Assembly (NCBI GenBank): GCA_964585655.1
Contig: CAZPER010000011.1
Location: 1,174 to 65,173, forward strand
Direction: 5' to 3'
Origin: an uncultured Gemmatimonadaceae bacterium
GTDB lineage: Bacteria; Gemmatimonadota; Gemmatimonadetes; Gemmatimonadales; GWC2-71-9
DNA length: 64,000 nt
Positions 44,329 through 51,355 of the stretch are shown one piece after another. The stretch's first letter is position 1. Each line of letters opens with the position of its first letter. Made by a program: the position numbers and the translations under genes. The notes under the pieces are model-generated. The model was given only the letters and a program-made list of their open reading frames with translations. It did not search any database and had not been told where the DNA came from.

Positions 44329-45329
44329 GCGTCCATGGCCACGGCAGTCCCGATCGCCATCCCGAATGGCGCGCGACCCTCGACGACTTCCAGTCGGGCG
44401 ACGAGGCGATGCGGCGCTGCCTCGACCTGGCCCGCGTCGCCGCCCGGACCGACCTCCCCACCCTGATCCTGGGCGAGACCGGCACCGGCAAGACCCTGCT
44501 GGCGCGGGCGCTGCACAACTCCTCCCGCCGGGCCCGCGGGCCGTTCATCGCCTTCAATTCCGCCGCGCTCTCCGACACCCTCCTCGACAGCCAGCTCTTC
44601 GGCCACGAGCGGGGCGCGTTCACCGGCGCGGACCGGCGGGTCAAGGGAAAGTTCGAGCTGGCCGACGGCGGCACCCTCTTCCTTGACGAGATCGCGGACA
44701 TGAGCCCCTCGGCACAGGCCAAGATCCTCCGCGCCGTGGAGTACGGGGAGTTCGAGCGGCTGGGGAGCGAGCAGCTGCTGGACGCGGATGTCCGGCTGGT
44801 GACGGCCACCCACCTGCCGATCACCCGGTACAAGGAGACGGAGCACTTCCGGAAGGACCTGTTCTACCGGATCAGCGGCATCACCCTCCGGCTCCCCGCC
44901 CTGCGGGAGCGGCCCAACGACCTGGCCTCCCTGATGGCGGCAGAGATCGCCGCGGCGAGCGCGCAGCTGGGCAAGCCGATCGTGGGGTTGAGTCGGCATG
45001 CGGCGGACCGGCTGCTGGGCTACGGCTGGCCCGGGAACCTGCGGGAGCTCAAGCGGGTGATCCACGCCGCCGTGGCGATCGCCGAGGGGGACGTCATCGA
45101 GGACACCGCCATCCTGCTGGAACCGGAGGCACTCGACGCGCCGCCAGCGGTTGCGCCCCGGCCCCGTGCCCCGGACGCGGCGGCGGCCGACGGGGACCTG
45201 TCGCTCCGGAGCGCCGAGCGCCGGCACATCGCGGCGGTGGTGGCGCGCTTCGAAGGCAACAAGCGGCGCGCCGCCAAGGCGCTCGGCCTCGCGCGCTCGA
45301 CCCTGGACCGCAAGCTCGCCGAAAGTTAG
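44325..45329 (+). CDS. sigma54-dependent transcriptional activator (bEBP) lacking an N-terminal sensory/receiver domain
   Basis: GTG 44325 overlaps the hlyD TGA. Walker A GETGTGKTLLARALH, the sigma54-contact loop GAFTGA, Walker B GGTLFLDEI, and the C-terminal Fis-type HTH NKRRAAKALGLARSTLDRKL. Only about 20 aa precede the AAA+ core. Confidence 0.9.
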   Translation: MSVHGHGSPDRHPEWRATLDDFQSGDEAMRRCLDLARVAARTDLPTLILGETGTGKTLLARALHNSSRRARGPFIAFNSAALSDTLLDSQLFGHERGAFTGADRRVKGKFELADGGTLFLDEIADMSPSAQAKILRAVEYGEFERLGSEQLLDADVRLVTATHLPITRYKETEHFRKDLFYRISGITLRLPALRERPNDLASLMAAEIAAASAQLGKPIVGLSRHAADRLLGYGWPGNLRELKRVIHAAVAIAEGDVIEDTAILLEPEALDAPPAVAPRPRAPDAAAADGDLSLRSAERRHIAAVVARFEGNKRRAAKALGLARSTLDRKLAES

Positions 45330-45338
45330 ACCCTCGCT

Positions 45339-45355
45339 GGTAGCGCGCCGCTACC
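45339..45355. promoter_or_regulatory. 7-3-7 palindrome (candidate UAS for the bEBP, or the bEBP gene terminator)
   Basis: GGTAGCG-cgc-CGCTACC, 10 nt after the bEBP stop and about 100 nt upstream of the -24/-12 element. Confidence 0.35.
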
Positions 45356-45450
45356 CCTGGCCCAGTTCTGGACCCACGCCACCGGCGTCCCACCGCTCCG
45401 TCCGCAGGCAACACGCTGTGAATGCGGCAGTTGACTCGAGCGGCGCCGTG

Positions 45451-45466
45451 TGGTCCGGGGCTTGCC
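45451..45466 (+). promoter_or_regulatory. sigma54 (-24/-12) promoter
   Basis: TGGTCCGGGGCTTGCC versus the consensus TGGCAC-N5-TTGCW. The GG and GC dinucleotides and the full TTGC are present at the exact consensus spacing. It lies 59 nt upstream of ATG 45525 and directly downstream of a bEBP gene. Confidence 0.7.
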
Positions 45467-45524
45467 TCTACCACGGATCATCACGCTGCACCGTCGTACC
45501 CCTTACCCCACACCGGAGGTTACC

Positions 45525-45647
45525 ATGGCGGACAAGAAGAAGATCAAGGACCTGCCCAAGAAGTCCGTGAGCAGCAAGAAGGCCGGCGCGGTCACCGGTG
45601 GCGCCAAGAAGAAGGCCCCCTCGCTCCTCCGTCGGCGCGCGAACTGA
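45525..45647 (+). CDS. small cationic peptide, candidate double-glycine-leader precursor 1 (40 aa)
   Basis: GGAGG 6 nt upstream of the ATG. Sequence MADKKKIKDLPKKSVSSKKAGAVTGG/AKKKAPSLLRRRAN, with 14 K/R and 2 D. A V-x-G-G site sits next to a C39 exporter. It lies downstream of the sigma54 promoter. The track shows it only as the tail of a 65-aa ORF (45450..45647). Confidence 0.6.
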   Translation: MADKKKIKDLPKKSVSSKKAGAVTGGAKKKAPSLLRRRAN

Positions 45648-45666
45648 TTCGCCGCGGGTGCCCGAA

Positions 45667-45696
45667 GCGTGGGCGGCCCCCTGGGGCCGCCCGCGC
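45667..45696 (+). terminator. strong GC hairpin between the two peptide genes (attenuator / processing-site candidate)
   Basis: GCGTGGGCGGCCCC-ct-GGGGCCGCCCGCGC, about 14 bp including one G-U. There is no adjacent U-tract (CTTTT sits 10 nt downstream). Confidence 0.5.
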
Positions 45697-45726
45697 GCTC
45701 ACCCGACTTTTCCGCATGAGCCCGCC

Positions 45727-45894
45727 ATGACAGAGCGCAAGCCGCGTAAGACCCGATCCACCCGGACCAAGGACGGGGAGATTGTGCGGCTGGAGGACCT
45801 GGCCCCGCCGGAGAACGTCCGGGGCGGGGTCCGGAAGCGGCTGTTCGGCGAAGAGACCCCCCGGCGCCAGCCGCGCAAGCCCAGCGGCGGCTGA
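45727..45894 (+). CDS. small basic peptide, candidate double-glycine-leader precursor 2 (55 aa)
   Basis: ATG 45727, with no clear SD. Sequence MTERKPRKTRSTRTKDGEIVRLEDLAPPENVRGG/VRKRLFGEETPRRQPRKPSGG. It shares the [KR][IL][KE]DL-P...V-x-GG-x-[KR]K[KR] pattern with peptide 1. GC-rich third positions. Confidence 0.45.
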   Translation: MTERKPRKTRSTRTKDGEIVRLEDLAPPENVRGGVRKRLFGEETPRRQPRKPSGG

Positions 45895-45927
45895 CCCTTC
45901 GGGGGATCGCGGCGGACACCGCTGGGC

Positions 45928-48900
45928 CTACGGGCGGCGCTCCAGCATCAGCATCGCGCGGCCGCGCGCATTGGCGATCCGCGGCGTGAACCTCGGGTCC
46001 GCCCCCTCCCATGCCTTCACCAGCCGCTGGTAGTGATAGGCGGCGCTGTCCCGCTGGCCGGCGGCCTCGAACGCCTCGGCCAGGGCTTCGGTCAGGTCGG
46101 TATGGGTGACGTACAGGTTGGACCCCTCGAACATCCCGCGCAGCGCGCTCTGCAGGATCGTTACTGCCTCACGCGGCCGCCCCAGCCGGGTGAGGGTCCG
46201 GCCCAGGACCAGGTTGGCCCGGGTGTAGCCGACGTTGGGAGAGAGGATCGAGCGGCGGAACAGCTGGACCGCCTCTCCATCCCGTCCGCGCGCCAGGGCC
46301 AGCAGCCCTTCCACGTAGTAGTGCAGCCGCTGGTCCCGCGCGAAGGCACTCTGCCGGCCCAGCACCCGGATGGTATCGGCCAGGCCGGCGAGCCGGGTGG
46401 TGTCTCCCTGAGCGGCGAGCACCCCCGCGGCGTGGGTCAGCGCCCAGACGCGGTTCCGGGAAACGGCCGAGGAATCCTCCCCGCTGACCCGCCCCCGGGC
46501 GACGGAGTCGAAGAGCGCCGCCGCGGCCCGATAGGCACCCTGCTCGAATAGCACCTGGGCCTCGAGCAGCGCGGTGGTGGGCGCGGCCCCGGGCCGGCTC
46601 TGTTCGCCCCGGGTGGCGCGGTAGCGGCGCGCGGCCACGAGCGCCTCCTCCAGCCGCCCCTGCTGGCGGAGCACCACCGCCAGCATCCACGACGCCTCGA
46701 CGCGCTCATCCGGGTCGGCGGCATGCAGCTGTCCCCGCACCACCTCCGCGGCGGTCGCGAAGTCCCAGCGCCAGAGTTGATTGGCCGAGTGATAGCGCCA
46801 GGTCTTCGGGTCTCTCGGCAGGAGGCTGTCCGCACGCGCCAGCGCGGAATCCGCCGCCGCGAACGCCCCGGACTGGGCCAGCAGCATTGCCAGCGTGCGC
46901 CACGCGACCCCGGACCCCGGCTGCAGCCGGGTCCACCGCCGGCCGACGGCGACCGCCGCTCCAATGGAGTCCTCCTGGATGTAGGAGGAGTAGAGGGCGG
47001 GCATCGCCTCGCAGGCCAGGCAGCGCGGGGTGCTCCCCCGGAGCCCGAGCGAGTCCCGCGCAATGACGGTCTCGAGCGGGCCGTGCGCCGCCTCGTAGTC
47101 CCCGGCGAGGATCGCCGCCTGCCCGGCCATCAGGTACCCCTCCAGTTCCGCGGGGTAGCGGACCATGAGCGTTTCCGCGATGGCCCGCAGGGAGGGGGAG
47201 GTGTTGACGAACGCCCAGGCGGCGTTGACCAGCAGCCGTTCCCGGTCGCTGGCCCGCCGCGCCAGGTCCACCGCGCGCCGGAGCCGCGCTACCGTCTCGG
47301 TGCGCAGCCCGGGCGAGGTGCTCAGGGCGTAGAAGAACTGCGCCATGGCGAACGCCGAGTCGGCCTTGAGCGCTTCCTGGAATTGCCGCTCGGCGTCGGC
47401 ACGCTCCCCCTCGTAGTAGAGCCGGAGCCCCGCCTCGTACAGCTGGTAGGCCCGCACCGAGCGGGTGGAAACGTCCGCCAGCGAGCCGGCCAGCGGCGTG
47501 CCGCCGAGATCGCGGAGCAGGCGGGCGGTGCCGCTGTCGGCCAGCAGGAAGAGGTTCTCCCCCTCGACCGTGTACGCTTCGAGCACGGCGCCGCTGCCCA
47601 GGTCGACGCGGCGGAGGTCGAGCCGCATCCGTCCGGGCGCGAGGTCGTAGAGGGCGCCATCCACCAGCTCCGTGGCGCCCGATTGCCGCGCGGCGGCCAC
47701 GCTCGCGGCGGCGGTGTCGGCGGGTTCCGGAAGCTGGCGCATCACCTCCACCATGCGTGCGTTGCTCACCACCCTGAGCCCCCGGGTCCGGGCCAGGTTG
47801 GTGGCCAGCATGTCCGCCATCGGCGCGCCCAGCGCGCCCGCGCCGCTGGCGGCGTAGTGGCTGATCCGGCCGACCGCCACCACCCGCTCCGGTGCAGGCA
47901 TCGCCGCGGAGCTGACCAGGTGGGCCCGCCAGACGTGTCTGGTCAGCGGCACCAGGAGCGCGGCGACCACGGCCACGAGTAGCCACCGAGCCCGGCGCCG
48001 CCTCGCCTGCGGTGGCGGCTCCGCCGGCGCCCCCAACCCCAAACCGCCGCCCACCGCCCATCCGCTGGTATGCCCCAGGTCGAGGGGACCGCTCGGACGG
48101 CTGGGGCGTGAGGGGGGATCCGCAGTGGGGGGTGGTGCCGGGGCGCTGGCTGGCGTGGGTTCCGGCGGGGGTGAAGCCGCCGGCGGGGGCGACGTGGGAA
48201 CTGCCGCCGGCGTGGCCGGGCGCTGCCCGGTGCGGAGCTGCTCCGCCAGCGCCACCACCTCCCGGTCGGGAGCGAGGTCCAGCTCCTGCCGCACCAGCGT
48301 CTCGTAGACGCGCGCATGCTGCAGCGCCCCGGCCACGTCCCCGCCGGCGGCCAGCGAACGCATCAGGCGGGCGGCGACCTGGGCATTCATCGGGTCCTGG
48401 GCCGCCAACTTCCTGAGCCACCCCACCGCACCGCGATGGTCGCCTCGCTCGCTGCACCGGGCCGCCAGCTGCTCCAGCAGGTCGGACCATTCATGGGCCA
48501 GTCGGCTCCGCTGCTCCTCAGCCCAGCGCTCGAAGGGATCCGCCTCCGGCAGGTGGAAGCCGTCCAGGAACGGCCCGCGATAGCACTCGGCGGCGCCCTC
48601 CAGGTCCCCCGCGGCGAGGGTGTCATGGAACTCGGCGTAGTCGCTGGTGACTTGATCGGGGTTGAGGCGCAGGTCCTTGAGGCCGAGGAGTGCCTCGTCC
48701 GATCCGAGGTCCCGGCGGAGCGCGTAGAGCGCCTGGGTCAGGGCGCGACGGCCGCGTTCCTCATCGGCGTCGGGCCAGAGGTAGGCGATCAGGGCGTCGC
48801 GCGTTGCGCCACGATCCCCCGCCACGGCCAGAAGGGCGAGGAGGGCCAGCCGGCGGGGCTGGGCCGCCGCCCCGCTGAGCGGGCGACCCTCACCCGTCAC

Positions 48901-48933
48901 GAACAGCCCGCCTAAGACGTTGATCCTGAGCAC
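45928..48933 (-). CDS. membrane-anchored SARP/BTAD-family transcriptional regulator with a large extracytoplasmic TPR domain
   Basis: GTG start. The N-terminus has an OmpR-like winged helix plus BTAD (LRINVLGGLFV...LALLALLAV...ALIAYLWPD...YRGPFLDGF...ALQHARVYETLVRQELDLAP). Then a Pro-rich linker, one TM helix (WLLVAVVAALLVPL), and about 650 aa of TPR-like helical repeats. Confidence 0.85.
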   Translation of the reverse strand: MLRINVLGGLFVTGEGRPLSGAAAQPRRLALLALLAVAGDRGATRDALIAYLWPDADEERGRRALTQALYALRRDLGSDEALLGLKDLRLNPDQVTSDYAEFHDTLAAGDLEGAAECYRGPFLDGFHLPEADPFERWAEEQRSRLAHEWSDLLEQLAARCSERGDHRGAVGWLRKLAAQDPMNAQVAARLMRSLAAGGDVAGALQHARVYETLVRQELDLAPDREVVALAEQLRTGQRPATPAAVPTSPPPAASPPPEPTPASAPAPPPTADPPSRPSRPSGPLDLGHTSGWAVGGGLGLGAPAEPPPQARRRRARWLLVAVVAALLVPLTRHVWRAHLVSSAAMPAPERVVAVGRISHYAASGAGALGAPMADMLATNLARTRGLRVVSNARMVEVMRQLPEPADTAAASVAAARQSGATELVDGALYDLAPGRMRLDLRRVDLGSGAVLEAYTVEGENLFLLADSGTARLLRDLGGTPLAGSLADVSTRSVRAYQLYEAGLRLYYEGERADAERQFQEALKADSAFAMAQFFYALSTSPGLRTETVARLRRAVDLARRASDRERLLVNAAWAFVNTSPSLRAIAETLMVRYPAELEGYLMAGQAAILAGDYEAAHGPLETVIARDSLGLRGSTPRCLACEAMPALYSSYIQEDSIGAAVAVGRRWTRLQPGSGVAWRTLAMLLAQSGAFAAADSALARADSLLPRDPKTWRYHSANQLWRWDFATAAEVVRGQLHAADPDERVEASWMLAVVLRQQGRLEEALVAARRYRATRGEQSRPGAAPTTALLEAQVLFEQGAYRAAAALFDSVARGRVSGEDSSAVSRNRVWALTHAAGVLAAQGDTTRLAGLADTIRVLGRQSAFARDQRLHYYVEGLLALARGRDGEAVQLFRRSILSPNVGYTRANLVLGRTLTRLGRPREAVTILQSALRGMFEGSNLYVTHTDLTEALAEAFEAAGQRDSAAYHYQRLVKAWEGADPRFTPRIANARGRAMLMLERRP

Positions 48934-49123
48934 GTTATGGCAGGTGACTTCCGGGTGACATCGGGGCGACGAGGGCCGGAGATCGGCGTGAGTTGCGGTT
49001 CTATACTAGGCGTCGTTCACCCGGCCGGCAACCGATTCCGGCCCGCGCCTTCGGGCAACGCCAGGAATTGTCGGGCGGTCCAGGGCAACGACGCATTACC
49101 CCCTGATGTGGAAGGAGTCACCG

Positions 49124-50086
49124 ATGCGGTTCCCGCTGCTGTGCTCGATCGCCGGGCTGACCCTGTTGGCACCCGGACTGGCCCCGACCTGGGAGGCGAC
49201 CCACCGGGCCACCGTCTCCGGCGCGATGACCGCCACCCTCACCGGGTCGGCCGTCTTTGGGCCGGTGCGCCAGAACCGCTCGGCACTGGGAGCCAGCTTC
49301 TCCCTCGAGCTGGGAACGCAGTCGGAGCGGGGAGCGGTGGTCTTCAGCCGGGTGAACGGCGAGCGGCCGGGGGTGGGGACCTACCGGATCACCCCGCTGG
49401 GTCCGGGGGCGGAGGGGCCGAACGACTTTCACGCGGTGGTCTCGCTCGGCTCGGTGGAGCTGCCGGTGGGTGTGTTCCATGGCATGAGCGGCAGCGTGAC
49501 GATCACGCAGTCGAGTGACGATCGGATCGTGGGCCGGTACGAGCTCAAGGCCACCGGCTTCCTGGCCAGCGATCCGGACGTTGAGGACCGGGAGATCACC
49601 GTCCGGGGCGGCTTCAGCGCGGACCGCGCGGAGGCGCCGTCCCTGTTCGAGGCGACGATCAGCGGCGCCGCTCCCACGGTGGCGCGGGGCGCGGCGGAGT
49701 TCGGTGAGGCGGGGCCGGAGGCGGAGCGCTCCTTCTCCCTCACCCTGGGCGCCTACGCGGAGCAGGGCGCGATCGTGCTGACCCGGAACGGCGCCGGGCG
49801 GCCGGGTGTCGGGATCTACCGGGTGACGCCCTCGGTGACGCGGATGGGAGAGTTCCACGGCCTGGTGGTCACCGGATCGCCGAGCCATCCGACGGGGGTG
49901 TTCCGGGTGGAGCGCGGCACGATGAGCGTGACGGCCAGCTCGGCGGAGCGGATCAGCGGCACCTTCGAGTTCCAGGCGACGGGGTTCCTCGCGGCCGACC
50001 CGGCGCGGGAGGACCGGCGGGTGACGGTAAGCGGCAGTTTCACGGCAACCCCGGGCGGACAGGTCACCGCCCTGACCCTTAACTGA
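49124..50086 (+). CDS. secreted protein made of two homologous ~150-aa repeats, unknown function
   Basis: ATG 49124 after GAAGGAG. Signal peptide MRFPLLCSIAGLTLLAPGLA. The two halves align: SFSLELG..ERGAVVFSR..GERPGVGTYRITP..FHAVV..GVF..SVTITQSS..RIVGRYELKATGFLASDP..EDREITVRGGFSA versus SFSLTLG..EQGAIVLTR..AGRPGVGIYRVTP..FHGLV..GVF..SVTASS..RISGTFEFQATGFLAADP..EDRRVTVSGSFTA. Confidence 0.7.
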   Translation: MRFPLLCSIAGLTLLAPGLAPTWEATHRATVSGAMTATLTGSAVFGPVRQNRSALGASFSLELGTQSERGAVVFSRVNGERPGVGTYRITPLGPGAEGPNDFHAVVSLGSVELPVGVFHGMSGSVTITQSSDDRIVGRYELKATGFLASDPDVEDREITVRGGFSADRAEAPSLFEATISGAAPTVARGAAEFGEAGPEAERSFSLTLGAYAEQGAIVLTRNGAGRPGVGIYRVTPSVTRMGEFHGLVVTGSPSHPTGVFRVERGTMSVTASSAERISGTFEFQATGFLAADPAREDRRVTVSGSFTATPGGQVTALTLN

Positions 50087-50094
50087 ACGGAGCA

Positions 50095-50289
50095 GTGATG
50101 CCGGTGCGTGACGCGATCCAGAGCCTGAGGGCGTGGTACCACGCCCTCCGCTCCCTGGACCGGATCCTCGCGGCGCAGGAGCGGGCCGCGATCAACTCGA
50201 TGGCGGTGGCGCGGCCGCATGCGCGGCCGCGGCCATCCCTGTCCCCCACCCTGCACGGCCTGCCGGTCGTTTCGCGGGCGCGGCACTAG
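50095..50289 (+). CDS. possible small ORF (64 aa), unknown function
   Basis: GGAG upstream of the ATG and GC-rich third positions. It fills the gap between two plus-strand genes. No recognisable motif. Confidence 0.3.
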   Translation: MMPVRDAIQSLRAWYHALRSLDRILAAQERAAINSMAVARPHARPRPSLSPTLHGLPVVSRARH

Positions 50290-50298
50290 GCGGAGACC

Positions 50299-50736
50299 AT
50301 GACGGACGAAGGACTGCGCCTGCTGCAGCGGAGCTGGCGGACGCTGGACCCCGCGGAAGTGGCGGCGCGGTGGCGGGCTCGCCTCGGGCCACTCGATCCG
50401 GAGCTGGCGGCGCGCGCCGAGGCGGTGCCGCCGGCGGCGCTGGTCGCGGTGCTGCAGGCGCTGCTCAACGCCGTGGACGATCCGGAGCGGCTGGTCGAGC
50501 TCGCCGCGGAGTGGGGCAGGCACCCGGCGGCCCTGGAGCTCCGCTCCCGGCACCACGTGCTGCTGGGCGACGCGCTGCGGGAGAGCCTGCGCGAGTTGCT
50601 CGGCCCGGCGTGGAATCCGGCGCTGCAGGCGGCCTGGCTGGAGGCGGCGATCCTGGTGTCGTCGGTGATGCGGCGTTCGGCCCTCCGCGCGTCGGGGGAG
50701 TGGCCCCGTCCGGCGGCGCCGGTGGAACGGGACTAG
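50299..50736 (+). CDS. globin-family protein
   Basis: LLQRSW at the N-terminus, and a W/LG.rH...L...H...LGDAL...L...LG..W.P.L..AW pattern matching the globin E-H helices. 145 aa. Confidence 0.6.
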   Translation: MTDEGLRLLQRSWRTLDPAEVAARWRARLGPLDPELAARAEAVPPAALVAVLQALLNAVDDPERLVELAAEWGRHPAALELRSRHHVLLGDALRESLRELLGPAWNPALQAAWLEAAILVSSVMRRSALRASGEWPRPAAPVERD

Positions 50737-50739
50737 GCG

Positions 50740-51294
50740 ATGGCGCGGCAACTGGACGAGATCGTGACCGAGCTGGAACAGGCCCGGCACCAGGCGGGCG
50801 CGCTGCTGGCGACGACGCCCGAGGCGGCGTTCACGCGCCGCCCGGCGCCGGGGCACTGGTCGGTGGCGGAGTGTCTCGATCACCTGAACCTGACGACGCT
50901 GATCTTCCTGCCGCTCCTCGACGCGGCCCTCGCGGAGGCCCGTCAGCTCCCGCCGGCGGGGGCGCGACGGTTCCGGCGCGACTTCACCGGCTGGCTCCTC
51001 TGCACGATGTCGGAGCCGCCCATCCGGCACCGGGTGGCCACGACCGCGCTCTTCACCCCGGCGCAGGTCGGCAGCCGGGACGAGGTCCACGCCGCGTACC
51101 AGCGGCTGCAGGAGGAGCTGATCGAGCGGGTGCGGCGGTCGGACGGGCTGGCGCTGGACCGGGTGACGATCATCTCCCCGTTCAATGCGCGAATCCGCTA
51201 TCACGCCTATTCCTGCTTCCGGGTGCTCGCAGCGCACCAGCGGCGGCATCTCTGGCAGGCGGAGCAGGTGCAGCGGAGGCTGCGCACGGCCTAG
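50740..51294 (+). CDS. DinB-family (DinB_2) four-helix-bundle protein
   Basis: PAPGHWSVAECLDHL and a C-terminal HQRRHLWQAEQV motif, typical of the DinB/YfiT-like His triad. Confidence 0.72.
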   Translation: MARQLDEIVTELEQARHQAGALLATTPEAAFTRRPAPGHWSVAECLDHLNLTTLIFLPLLDAALAEARQLPPAGARRFRRDFTGWLLCTMSEPPIRHRVATTALFTPAQVGSRDEVHAAYQRLQEELIERVRRSDGLALDRVTIISPFNARIRYHAYSCFRVLAAHQRRHLWQAEQVQRRLRTA

Positions 51295-51355
51295 CGCGTC
51301 CCCTTGCCCGCCCCGCCGGGATCGGCGATCATCGGGGACCCTGACCGGACTCGCC

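Noticed and set aside
45431-45436. TTGACT hexamer as a sigma70 -35 box for the peptide genes
   Set aside because: No acceptable -10 hexamer lies 16-18 nt downstream (the sequence there is TCCGGG). The overlapping -24/-12 element is a much better match.
46706-48490. 594-aa alternative-frame ORF inside the SARP/TPR regulator gene, plus other internal ORFs (46723..47982 on the plus strand)
   Set aside because: They have Arg/Gly/Pro-rich composition. The 1001-aa frame shows a coherent wHTH-BTAD-TM-TPR architecture.
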